Shown here one piece after another: positions 49,076 to 58,023 of a DNA stretch of 64,000 nucleotides (position 1 is the first letter of the stretch; each line of letters begins with the position of its first letter). Made by a program: the position numbers and the translations under genes. The notes beneath the pieces were generated by a model that saw only the letters and a list, made by a program, of their open reading frames with translations, made no database searches and was not told the origin of the DNA. Origin of the DNA: Candidatus Shapirobacteria bacterium (GTDB taxonomy: Bacteria > Patescibacteriota > Microgenomatia > UBA12405); assembly GCA_030698565.1 (NCBI GenBank), contig JAUYJS010000003.1, positions 12,187-76,186 of the forward strand, in the 5' to 3' direction.

Positions 49076-49696
49076 TTATTTAAGAACTTGAACATCTAAT
49101 TTATTGCTCGAGTAAATCAAATTCTTCCCCGTAGCATTCTCTATAAACATAGTAGCAGATTCCTTATTTTCATTACCAGTACTAATTTCAAATTCAAAAT
49201 CCCCCGTCTTTTTGGGTACTACATCAAACTTAATCAAAGGCAATATTTCACTTGCACTTAATTCGACTCCGTTCTTTTCGGAAATTAGATAATTAACCAC
49301 AATTACACTTTGTTTCTCGCTAATTTTACTAAAAGTTGGTTTAGTCAACTTAGAATCAAAAGTTAAACGACTCACAGCAAAAGCTGTTGGATCATATTTA
49401 ATATATATTTCGGCTGTATCTAATGACTGAGTTGTTTTACTAATTAAATTTAATTCCACAGGATATTTTTTTCCAACAACCATACTTTTATTTGGGGTTC
49501 CGAAAATTAGACCTAAAGTTTCTGGCTCAACCACTTTTTTATCTTCAACAACATTTTGAACAACATTAGTTGAAGTATCTGTTTTAACTTGTGGTTTGTT
49601 TTTCTGTTCCAAAGAATTTACCAACACAACACTTTCCAGGATTACTAATATTGCCACTATCGGGATAATAACTCCCATTATTTTTTTTTCTTTCAT
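49076..49696 (-). CDS. Membrane-anchored cohesin-like domain protein
   Basis: N-terminal TM; IYIKYDP, LIKF....KTG. Confidence 0.65.
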   Translation of the reverse strand: MKEKKIMGVIIPIVAILVILESVVLVNSLEQKNKPQVKTDTSTNVVQNVVEDKKVVEPETLGLIFGTPNKSMVVGKKYPVELNLISKTTQSLDTAEIYIKYDPTAFAVSRLTFDSKLTKPTFSKISEKQSVIVVNYLISEKNGVELSASEILPLIKFDVVPKKTGDFEFEISTGNENKESATMFIENATGKNLIYSSNKLDVQVLK

Positions 49697-49714
49697 ATTC
49701 TTTCCTTAAAAATT

Positions 49715-51382
49715 TTAATACAACCGATCACTTCTTTGTGATAACGCTACTTTAAAAAGATTCATATCATTAAATGATAATTTACAATTACCATCCAAAT
49801 CACCTGGCATATTATCGCCCGCATTAGCATCCGGAGTACTGCCAATTTTATTCTTTAAGTAAACAAAATCATTTCCATTTATTAAGCCATCCTGACCTGC
49901 TTCTGCTCCTGCCCTAGCTACATCTCCGGAAGAGATTGGTACACCAGAAAAGTCCACGGCTGCGCTGGCAGTATCATTAGTCAAAGTTAATTCACCCACA
50001 TATTTATCATAAAAAGCACTTTGGTTATTTATTCCAAATTTTTCCTGTAAATGTTTTGGCCCTTTTATAAATAGAGAAACATTTTGAGTAAAAGGAAAAT
50101 CTGCCAATCGCAAACTACCCTTGAATACAGCCAAATCACCTTTAGAAGTACCATCTTTAGTAACCACCACACCATCATAAGTTTTTGTCACCCCAGCATT
50201 ATTCATCGCAATTACTTTTACTGGCCAATTTACAGCACAAGCCGAACTAGCAGTTTTAACCCCGCCAAAGGTGACTTTAAAATTTACGAAAGGGAATGAA
50301 GCGTTCGCTGGATCATATATAGAATATGCCTGAGTTTTCGATGCAGTAAAATTAAAAATCACGTTTGGTCCCACGGCTGATGATCTAGCTTGATCAAAAC
50401 TAATATTGCCTGATCCCATACTGGTTCCCATAAAATAAATTATCCCCAATCTAATCGCATCTCCAACTGGCAAATCAGCTTCGGCCAAATCGGATTTAAC
50501 AGACAATTCTAAGCAATTATTACCAACATCTCTTGCATATTCAATTCTAGAAAAGTTAGGATCTAACCAGAATTTATAAAATCGTGGAGATAAATTATTT
50601 CCATAACACACAGTGACCTTGGCTGAATTAACTTTATTTCTATTAGTCTTTAACCATACATTTTGTCCGAATTCAATTCCTACATCATCAACAACGATAC
50701 TATCACTACTATCAAAACCTTCACGACCAAAAGACAAAGAACCATTAACAGTGGTAGTAGTAGGTGCCACAGGATTACTTGCAGGCGGGTTGTTGTTGGC
50801 GACAGGAGCAGCCTCTGAAATCTTATAACTCGTTCCGTTAATCGAGGCCATAGTAATTATTTTATCTAGTTTATCTGGATTCACACCAGTTACTTCAGTT
50901 TTTTCAGAAATCAAATCTATTGCGCCAGTACTTACTTTTAAGGCTTTAAATTGAACAGTAACAGCATTAAATACTGTACTAACATTTGAATTACTAGGAT
51001 TTGTATTGAGTAAAGTAATATCTAAACATTTTTTATTAGCGTAATCGATCGGACTATCAGGAATTAAAACGGTATCAAAAGAAGGATCTGTAATAATTGC
51101 TTGTCCTTGACCTTTTGCATAAGACAAATTAGCAGGATCATAACAAAGATAGGTACTCAAAGCGGTCACTTTAGCATTTTTTGGGTCAACTTTAATAACA
51201 ACATTTACATACCCACCCACGGTTCCAGGAATCTCAGTTTCAGGAGCTAACCACATTTTCCCGTCAGAGATAAATGCCGCTCCCCTTCTAGTATCCTGGT
51301 TTTTTTTAACTAAATTAATCGAAACAGCCAACCCTAAGGCTATAATAAAAGTAGTTATTAAAATTGTTTTTTTACTTTTCAT
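49715..51382 (-). CDS. Surface protein with two cohesin-like domains and a C-terminal dockerin-like domain
   Basis: LCYDP..L / VCYG; VQFKAL...G; QDGLINGNDF...GDLDGNCKLSFND. Confidence 0.7.
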   Translation of the reverse strand: MKSKKTILITTFIIALGLAVSINLVKKNQDTRRGAAFISDGKMWLAPETEIPGTVGGYVNVVIKVDPKNAKVTALSTYLCYDPANLSYAKGQGQAIITDPSFDTVLIPDSPIDYANKKCLDITLLNTNPSNSNVSTVFNAVTVQFKALKVSTGAIDLISEKTEVTGVNPDKLDKIITMASINGTSYKISEAAPVANNNPPASNPVAPTTTTVNGSLSFGREGFDSSDSIVVDDVGIEFGQNVWLKTNRNKVNSAKVTVCYGNNLSPRFYKFWLDPNFSRIEYARDVGNNCLELSVKSDLAEADLPVGDAIRLGIIYFMGTSMGSGNISFDQARSSAVGPNVIFNFTASKTQAYSIYDPANASFPFVNFKVTFGGVKTASSACAVNWPVKVIAMNNAGVTKTYDGVVVTKDGTSKGDLAVFKGSLRLADFPFTQNVSLFIKGPKHLQEKFGINNQSAFYDKYVGELTLTNDTASAAVDFSGVPISSGDVARAGAEAGQDGLINGNDFVYLKNKIGSTPDANAGDNMPGDLDGNCKLSFNDMNLFKVALSQRSDRLY

Positions 51383-51384
51383 TA

Positions 51385-53244
51385 TTATTTTAATTTATTT
51401 TCTAACCAGATAGCAAAATCGACTAAACTTACATACCCATCACAATTAGCATCAGCTTGGTAATTATTCTTAATAACCTTTCGTCCATCTCCCGTATATT
51501 CACCTACCCAAATATCAAAATCAGACTTATCAGCTTTTGCACTTGTACAACTAAAACGACCACTTTTTCTCTTAATATTGTCAGAATCGTTAGCGCAAGG
51601 GGTGCAAACTGCCGCTACCGGATGATCTAACTTACAACCATTCTCACTTGTGTAACAATCTTTATCGCCTCCACAATTTTTACAATTTCCACCAACGGCT
51701 AATTCACTACAGACCGTCCCTGTATACACCCATCTTTTGTCAGTCAGTGCCACCGAACTACTCGTTCCTGTACAATTTATGGTTCCTGATTGATTAGTTT
51801 GATCAGTTTCATTAATTTTGCAACATACATAATTTTTATTACTACAAGTACCTGTCACTTTAGATCCTTCAGCAGCACATATTGGCGCACCCATACAAAT
51901 AGATCCAGACGGGCAACTGTCTGCTACTGGTGCTACCGGATGATCTAACTTACAACCATTCTCAGTGGTGTAACAATCTTTATCGCCACCACAATTTTTA
52001 CAATTTCCACCAACGGCTAATTCACTACAGACCGTCCCTGTATACACCCATCTTTTGTCAGTCAGTGCCACCGAACTACTCGTTCCTGTACAATTTATTG
52101 CCGCTACTGTTGCAACACAAACACCACTCGCATTTCTAGTTAGAGGTGCCACACATTTATCTACACAATCCCCAGTTGTTCCAGTTAACTGTTTAAAATC
52201 TTTCCCTTTATTAGTACACACTTCCGGTGCTAATTGACTATTACAAACCCGGCTACCACCACTACCACTACATTCACATTTGTATGGTCCTCCATCACTT
52301 GAAAATTGTCCACAAGCCGTTCCACCAAAACACTGAGTGCAATCTGCGGCGGTTGCGGTCGTCTGCCCCACTCCATTCTGATTGTCTGTAGGACAAACTT
52401 GCGGCTTTGCTGAGCAAGTAAATCTCACCCCTTCTTCAACATCTACAGTGTCATTTGGGTTATTACATTTTGGACAATATTTTTCTACAAGCTCTACTAA
52501 CTTCTTCTGATAACTATCAACATAAATCTTACATTGCGATTCTGCGTCATAACATGTAAATACACCACATGGACCAGTGTCACTAACAGAAGTCTGCTCA
52601 TAGCTAATACAACTTTTATCATCTTTACTATACCAATAGGTTTTTCCTACTCTGTTACCAACATCAGTTGGAGCCACACATTTCCCACCAGTACAAGTCA
52701 AACCAACTTGGCAAGTAGTTTGAGATAACCCAGCTGTACAGGCTTCATTTTCAGCCGCTGGATGAGCTTGTTGACAACCACTTAATGCTGTATAGCACTC
52801 AACTTTACTTTTATCATTAGGATAGCAACCTAAACAATTACTAACCGGTCCACTAGTACATACATTATTAATAACTTGAAATCTCGTTTCAGTTAGCGGA
52901 ATTTTTGGATTATCACAAGTTGTTGATGCTGGTGGTTGTACCACCACACCGCCTGCTGCTGGTTGTGCTTCTGGAGTACAGTTCCTTCTCGTCTCTGCTG
53001 TTACATCCCTTTCTTGACAACCAGCAGGTAAAATTGATTTTATTTGCCTTGTTTGAAAACCAGAAGGATAACAAATTCCCCATTGATCAAAAAAAGTATA
53101 GTCGCAAGCTACTGTCGCCTTGCTTCTATTCTCCTGATTATTCTGCACTAATTTTGTCATCGCCGGCAAGGCAACCGCCATCAACAACAAGCCAACCATT
53201 ATAGGAATTTGAGCGAAACCAGCAATTTTTTTAAATTTAGCCAT
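51385..53244 (-). CDS. Cysteine-rich repeat surface protein with C-terminal dockerin-like motif
   Basis: N-terminal TM; very many Cys; ADANCDGYVSLVDFAIW. Confidence 0.75.
   Translation of the reverse strand: MAKFKKIAGFAQIPIMVGLLLMAVALPAMTKLVQNNQENRSKATVACDYTFFDQWGICYPSGFQTRQIKSILPAGCQERDVTAETRRNCTPEAQPAAGGVVVQPPASTTCDNPKIPLTETRFQVINNVCTSGPVSNCLGCYPNDKSKVECYTALSGCQQAHPAAENEACTAGLSQTTCQVGLTCTGGKCVAPTDVGNRVGKTYWYSKDDKSCISYEQTSVSDTGPCGVFTCYDAESQCKIYVDSYQKKLVELVEKYCPKCNNPNDTVDVEEGVRFTCSAKPQVCPTDNQNGVGQTTATAADCTQCFGGTACGQFSSDGGPYKCECSGSGGSRVCNSQLAPEVCTNKGKDFKQLTGTTGDCVDKCVAPLTRNASGVCVATVAAINCTGTSSSVALTDKRWVYTGTVCSELAVGGNCKNCGGDKDCYTTENGCKLDHPVAPVADSCPSGSICMGAPICAAEGSKVTGTCSNKNYVCCKINETDQTNQSGTINCTGTSSSVALTDKRWVYTGTVCSELAVGGNCKNCGGDKDCYTSENGCKLDHPVAAVCTPCANDSDNIKRKSGRFSCTSAKADKSDFDIWVGEYTGDGRKVIKNNYQADANCDGYVSLVDFAIWLENKLK
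51614..52098. repeat. 167-bp intragenic direct repeat (51614-51780 and 51932-52098)
   Basis: Three mismatches by eye; encodes INCTGTSSSVALTDKRWVY...CKLDHPVA twice. Confidence 0.92.
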
Positions 53245-53363
53245 GTATATAATTTATATAAAAATATATCCGATATATCAGTTAAGCACTTGCCAAAAAC
53301 CACGTCAATGTATCAAATGTAAGAATAGGGAAAAATCAGAACAAACGTATATAAAAATTATAT

Positions 53364-54413
53364 TTATTTTCTAAATATTCTCATCACATCTCCAGCCGTT
53401 ATCAACAATATCAAACTCAAAAGAATCAGCATTCCAACATTATTCACCGCCATTTCAACTTTTTGGTTAGCTCTTTTTCTAAAAATCATTTCATAAATCA
53501 CAAAAATAATTCTGCCACCATCCAATGCCGGAAACGGCAATATATTCACTACCGCCAAGTTAACCGACACAACTCCAAAAAAATGAACCAAAGCCAACAT
53601 TCCTTGGCTTTTTTTGATACTACTTGTCGCCTCAAACATTCCAATCGGACCACTCACATCTTTGGGTATCTGACCCATTAATAATTTTTGGACCATACTG
53701 CCAACCCCACCACCTATAATTTTTCCCCAAAAAAAGGCTTCTTTAAACCCAGCCCCAATACCTTTATAAAACTGATACCAAGGCACTTTTACCATTTCTG
53801 TATTGGAAATTGCTACCCCCATACCCCCCTCGCCCTGCGGTGGATTCTCCCTTATACCTATATTAATTTGTTGATCTTGATTGTTTCTTTTTATATCCAA
53901 AGACACAGTCTTACCTTTAAATTTAGCTACCTCAGAAGTTAATTCACTTGGGTTAGTAACCACTTTAGAATCCACTTTATATATCTGGTCATCTTCTTTT
54001 AGTCCAGCTATCTCAGCCGGAGAATTTTGGGCTATTCCCACAATTTTTACCCTATCTGTTTCCTGGGGAACCCCTAATATTGCATAAACAAAACTAAAAA
54101 TAACAATTGCCAGCACCAAATTCATCAACACTCCGCCCAATACTATTATTAATTTTTGCCATGGATTTTTATTATTAAAAGCAATACCACCTTTACCACC
54201 ACCGTCCTCTCCGTACAATCTACAAAATCCACCGATTGGTAGTAAATTTAAACTAAAGGTGGTCTTGCCAATTTTCTTACCAAAAATTTTCGGTGGTAAT
54301 CCCAAACCAAACTCTTCTACCCTAACCCCAGTTTTAATGGCTGCAATAAAATGCCCAAATTCATGAACCAAAACTAAAATTGACAGAGCAACAATAAAAA
54401 TTAAAATATCCAT
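53364..54413 (-). CDS. rseP: RseP/M50 intramembrane metalloprotease
   Basis: HEFGH, PDZ, NILPFPALDGG. Confidence 0.93.
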   Translation of the reverse strand: MDILIFIVALSILVLVHEFGHFIAAIKTGVRVEEFGLGLPPKIFGKKIGKTTFSLNLLPIGGFCRLYGEDGGGKGGIAFNNKNPWQKLIIVLGGVLMNLVLAIVIFSFVYAILGVPQETDRVKIVGIAQNSPAEIAGLKEDDQIYKVDSKVVTNPSELTSEVAKFKGKTVSLDIKRNNQDQQINIGIRENPPQGEGGMGVAISNTEMVKVPWYQFYKGIGAGFKEAFFWGKIIGGGVGSMVQKLLMGQIPKDVSGPIGMFEATSSIKKSQGMLALVHFFGVVSVNLAVVNILPFPALDGGRIIFVIYEMIFRKRANQKVEMAVNNVGMLILLSLILLITAGDVMRIFRK

Positions 54414-54417
54414 ATAA

Positions 54418-54969
54418 TTATCCCCTAACTTCCACCTCTTTTTTCTTAGCAATTTCTTCTAATTTACCAATATACTGATCAGTTGTTTTTTGTAATTCTA
54501 CTTCGTCTCTCTTAAATTCGTCTTCAGAAATAGTTTTATCCTGTTTTGCATCTTGCAAACCTTTTCTAAAATCTGCCCTAGCATCGCGAGTCATTACTCT
54601 AGCCGCCTCTAATTTTCTACCCAAAAGCTTAATATATTCTTCCCTTTGTTCCGACGTTAACATCGGCAAATTCATTCTAATTAATTGCCCATCGATAGCC
54701 GGTGTCAACCCCACATTTGCCGCCGCAATTCCATTAGAAATTTCTCGTATTGCCGCCTCATCCCATGGTTGAAAAGTCAATGATCGAACATCGGGCACAC
54801 CAATCGAGCCAAGTTCTACCAATTTCATTTTTTGACCACCATACACACTCACCACTACATTTTCAATCAAACCCGGAGTCGCCCGTCCAGTCCGAATTGA
54901 AGCAATATCAGTAGAGAATAATTCCACAATCTTGTCCATTCTTTGCTTCACTTTTTGAAAATCAATCAT
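54418..54969 (-). CDS. frr: Ribosome recycling factor
   Basis: IRTGRATP, ISEDE, LQK.TD. Confidence 0.95.
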   Translation of the reverse strand: MIDFQKVKQRMDKIVELFSTDIASIRTGRATPGLIENVVVSVYGGQKMKLVELGSIGVPDVRSLTFQPWDEAAIREISNGIAAANVGLTPAIDGQLIRMNLPMLTSEQREEYIKLLGRKLEAARVMTRDARADFRKGLQDAKQDKTISEDEFKRDEVELQKTTDQYIGKLEEIAKKKEVEVRG

Positions 54970-54995
54970 ATTTCAAATTATACCAAAATGTTTCC

Positions 54996-55683
54996 GTACG
55001 GGCGATTCATGAATCGCCCCTACATTTAAAATTTTTCGGATTATTTCTATCTCTTTCCCACATTATCGGATTCATTCTTATATATTCTCTAATTTTTTTT
55101 AACTCAATTTCGTTTCTAACGATATGTTCATAATAATTCCGTTGCCAAACAAACATTCCAATCTCTCTAGATGCATTCATTTTCAAATATCCGATAATTT
55201 TTGACAACATCGATCTCTTCGGTAGGGGCGATTCATGAATCGCCCTGTTTAATTTCCTAATTGATCCATTTATCAATTTGGGCGATTCATGAATCGCCCC
55301 TACATTTTTTATTATTAAAATTAAATGAATATGATTGGGCATTATCTGAAAAATATCCATTACCAAATCAAATCTTGCCTCTAATTTTATTAACCAATTT
55401 TCAATTATTAAACCATTATTATTCGAGATCATCTTGCCATTAATAATGGCACCAAACATTTGCCTTCTTTCAAATGAACATATGGTTATAAAATAATATC
55501 CTCCGCCTGAATAATTCCATTTTTTTAACCGGATTGACCTACGGTGATAATCCATATGTAATAATTATTACATATTATTATTTGTACGGGCGATTCATGA
55601 ATCGCCCCTACCCGTCATCCCGAATTTATTTCGGGATCTAAATCCCGCATTCCTTTTTTGGGCGATTCATGAATCGCCCCTAC
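54996..55683. repeat. Five REP family A copies in and around the RAYT, plus one GTCAT...ATCT element
   Basis: gggcgattcatgaatcgccc core at 54996-55023, 55222-55246, 55280-55303, 55584-55611, 55660-55683; gtcatcccgaatttatttcgggatct at 55614-55639. Confidence 0.92.
55007..55555 (-). mobile_element. REP-associated tyrosine transposase (RAYT; HUH, IS200/IS605-related), cognate REP family A
   Basis: RRSIRL...YS..G.YFITIC, MPNHIH, WQRNYYEHIVRNE, YI..NP. Confidence 0.9.
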
Positions 55684-55692
55684 AAATTTATT

Positions 55693-56151
55693 TTAAATCT
55701 CAAACCTAGCAATTCGGCCTAATTTTATATTTTCACCAAATTTTGCATTCAAAGCTTTAATCAAGTCGTCTACTGTTTTAGAAGAATCTTTCACAAAGTC
55801 TTGTTTTAATAATTCTTCTGGTGTTTCCGGATTCATAGCAGCCACCTGTAAACATAATTCTCTGGATAAATTTACAAACTCTTCATTTTTGGCCACAAAA
55901 TCGGTTTCGCACAACAACTCCACCATGGTTCCAATCTTACCTGTTGAATGGGTATAAGTAGCAACTCTGCCCTGATGTGTTTCTTTTTCCGCTCTTTTTT
56001 CAGCTTTTTTAAATCCTCTTTCTTTTAAAATTTTCTTGGCTGACTCTTCATTTCCCTCAGCTTCTTCCAAAGCCGACTTAATTTCCATAATCCCCAAACC
56101 CATTTCTTCTCTTAATTTTTTGACTAATTCAATTATTTTTTTATTATCCAT
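55693..56151 (-). CDS. tsf: Elongation factor Ts (short form)
   Basis: VKKLREE.G, ELLCETDFVA, GENIK..R..RF. Confidence 0.94.
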   Translation of the reverse strand: MDNKKIIELVKKLREEMGLGIMEIKSALEEAEGNEESAKKILKERGFKKAEKRAEKETHQGRVATYTHSTGKIGTMVELLCETDFVAKNEEFVNLSRELCLQVAAMNPETPEELLKQDFVKDSSKTVDDLIKALNAKFGENIKLGRIARFEI

Positions 56152-56155
56152 AATT

Positions 56156-57076
56156 TTATTTTACTCCAGCCGCTTTAATAGCTCTTCCAATTTCTTCAAT
56201 AATCAGATTGACACTCTTTACACTATCGTCATTAGTTGGAATAGCAAAATCAACTTTCAAAGGATTACTATCAGTATCCACCATAGCTACGGTCTTGATA
56301 CCCTTACCAATAGCTTCTTTGACGGCTGTTTTTTCAAATCCAGCATCAACTACAAATAAAATATCAAAAAGTTTATCTAAAGTGCTCAAGCCGCCAACAA
56401 TTTTTTCTAATCTAATAATTTCCTTGCTCATCTCCAAAAGTTCTTTTTTAGTATTTTCAGTAAACTTTCCTTTCGCTATACCATCTTTTAGATCGTTCAA
56501 TTTTTTGATATTTTTCTTGATCTGTTCCCAATTGGAAATAGTACCACCCAACCATCTGTCGGTAACATAAGGCACACCAGCATCCATAGCTACTCTTCGA
56601 ACTACTTCTCTAGCTTGTCTCTTTGTACCAACCAATACTATTTGTTTACCATTTCTCTTAGCATTGTAAATAAAATTACATGCTCTTTCTAAATTAGATA
56701 AAGTCTTGGTTAAATCTAAAATTTCAATTCCATCTTTTTTGATATAAATATAGTCACGGAATTTAGGATGAGTTTTAGAAACCTTATGACCCAAATGGCA
56801 ACCAGCCGCCAATAAATCTTTTAAACCAATTGTTAAATTATATTTTTTATCAATTTTAGTCTCTTCACCAGTTTTTTTTACTTCTTTTACTTCGCTCGAA
56901 ACTTCTGCAGCCTTTGCCAACGCGATCTTTTCTGCCTGCACCTTTTCATTTAATTTCTTGATATTTTCAGCTGTAACATTACTTTGATTCTTAGCTTTAA
57001 CTACCAAAGCTTTCTTCACCATCGATTTACCGGTTCGATTAACGGTTTTTACTATTACTTTCTTTTTTTCTGCCAT
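56156..57076 (-). CDS. rpsB: 30S ribosomal protein S2 with N-terminal extension
   Basis: AGCHLGH, VGTKRQA, RWLGGT.SN, DTDSNP, NDD. Confidence 0.95.
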   Translation of the reverse strand: MAEKKKVIVKTVNRTGKSMVKKALVVKAKNQSNVTAENIKKLNEKVQAEKIALAKAAEVSSEVKEVKKTGEETKIDKKYNLTIGLKDLLAAGCHLGHKVSKTHPKFRDYIYIKKDGIEILDLTKTLSNLERACNFIYNAKRNGKQIVLVGTKRQAREVVRRVAMDAGVPYVTDRWLGGTISNWEQIKKNIKKLNDLKDGIAKGKFTENTKKELLEMSKEIIRLEKIVGGLSTLDKLFDILFVVDAGFEKTAVKEAIGKGIKTVAMVDTDSNPLKVDFAIPTNDDSVKSVNLIIEEIGRAIKAAGVK

Positions 57077-57094
57077 ATTTTCCTTATTAATAAA

Positions 57095-57169
57095 ATTTGA
57101 CCAGGGTTTAAATAACCCAGGATAAATTTAGTCAAATCTTTGAAAATTTATAATTTAGGAATTATAGCA
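57095..57169 (-). promoter_or_regulatory. rpsB promoter and structured leader
   Basis: TGCTATAAT (57169-57161); atttgact/ggtcaaat outer stem enclosing a gggtt/aaccc hairpin. Confidence 0.5.
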
Positions 57170-57185
57170 CAAGATTGGTCTATTT

Positions 57186-57413
57186 TTAGCCGCCAAAATT
57201 CCCTGTTAACAACTTTCCAGTAGTTTTAAATTTCTCTGACCGACCACTACTAGAAGGTACTTTTACATAAACCTCAGCAGCTGTATCAGTCGGATGGCCT
57301 GCTTCTTTAAGTAATTTATGTCCCGATTTAGCCGCATTTAATAATGCATTTTTCAAAGGAGAGTCTGACATTTCTGGAATACCATTAAATATTTCACCAT
57401 TACCTTCTGTCAT
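57186..57413 (-). CDS. Small hypothetical protein
   Basis: ATG at 57413; the upstream ORF extension is low-complexity. Confidence 0.5.
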   Translation of the reverse strand: MTEGNGEIFNGIPEMSDSPLKNALLNAAKSGHKLLKEAGHPTDTAAEVYVKVPSSSGRSEKFKTTGKLLTGNFGG

Positions 57414-57577
57414 ATTTTTTTGTTTTTTAAAATCTAATAATAAAAAAGTATATACACTATATATAGTAAAAATCAAGATATCATCCAAATCAAAACTAGG
57501 GAAAATAAACACAAACACACAACAACCTGAAAAACACCAAAACAAAAAAACAAAACAAACTCCCAAATTCAGGAAAA

Positions 57578-57614
57578 GAAGCGGCTAGCCTCGTCTTTGT
57601 TGGCCAGCCGCCTC
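57578..57614 (-). terminator. Intrinsic terminator
   Basis: gaggcggctggcc...ggctagccgcttc stem followed by TTTT on the minus strand. Confidence 0.65.
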
Positions 57615-57621
57615 GATTGTT

Positions 57622-57822
57622 TTAGCGAATATGCAACGGAACTGTGCGAACAGGCCGACGATCATTGTGTTTGATCGCCTCAGTGAGATGCCGCTCATGT
57701 TGGACCTGAGTCAAAACCTCAAGTTCCCGCCTTTCAATAGAAGTCAATTGGGAAAGCTTCACTAGCTCGGCAGCTCTTTGGTTCTGTTCAAAAGGATCGG
57801 TCAAAACCAAAACCTTCGCCAT
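57622..57822 (-). CDS. Small hypothetical protein
   Basis: Strong SD (AGGAGGTG) and a downstream terminator. Confidence 0.65.
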   Translation of the reverse strand: MAKVLVLTDPFEQNQRAAELVKLSQLTSIERRELEVLTQVQHERHLTEAIKHNDRRPVRTVPLHIR

Positions 57823-58023
57823 GAAACGACACCTCCTGGTTTTGGATCGGGAAACTTATATTTCCACTACATATATTTTTCAAGTTGTTGTGTTAAGGAA
57901 CTAAATTTATGAAGTTCTATTTGAATCGCTTTTTTTTGATTCCAATGACCTTCAGAAATTATCTCATAATATCAGCTCACTCTTATCTTCGTCAAGTACA
58001 CAAATTACTGCTAAAATATCACT

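Noticed and set aside
57414-57566. Hydrophobic N-terminal part of ORF 57186-57566
   Set aside because: Derived from low-complexity T/G-rich intergenic sequence after a terminator
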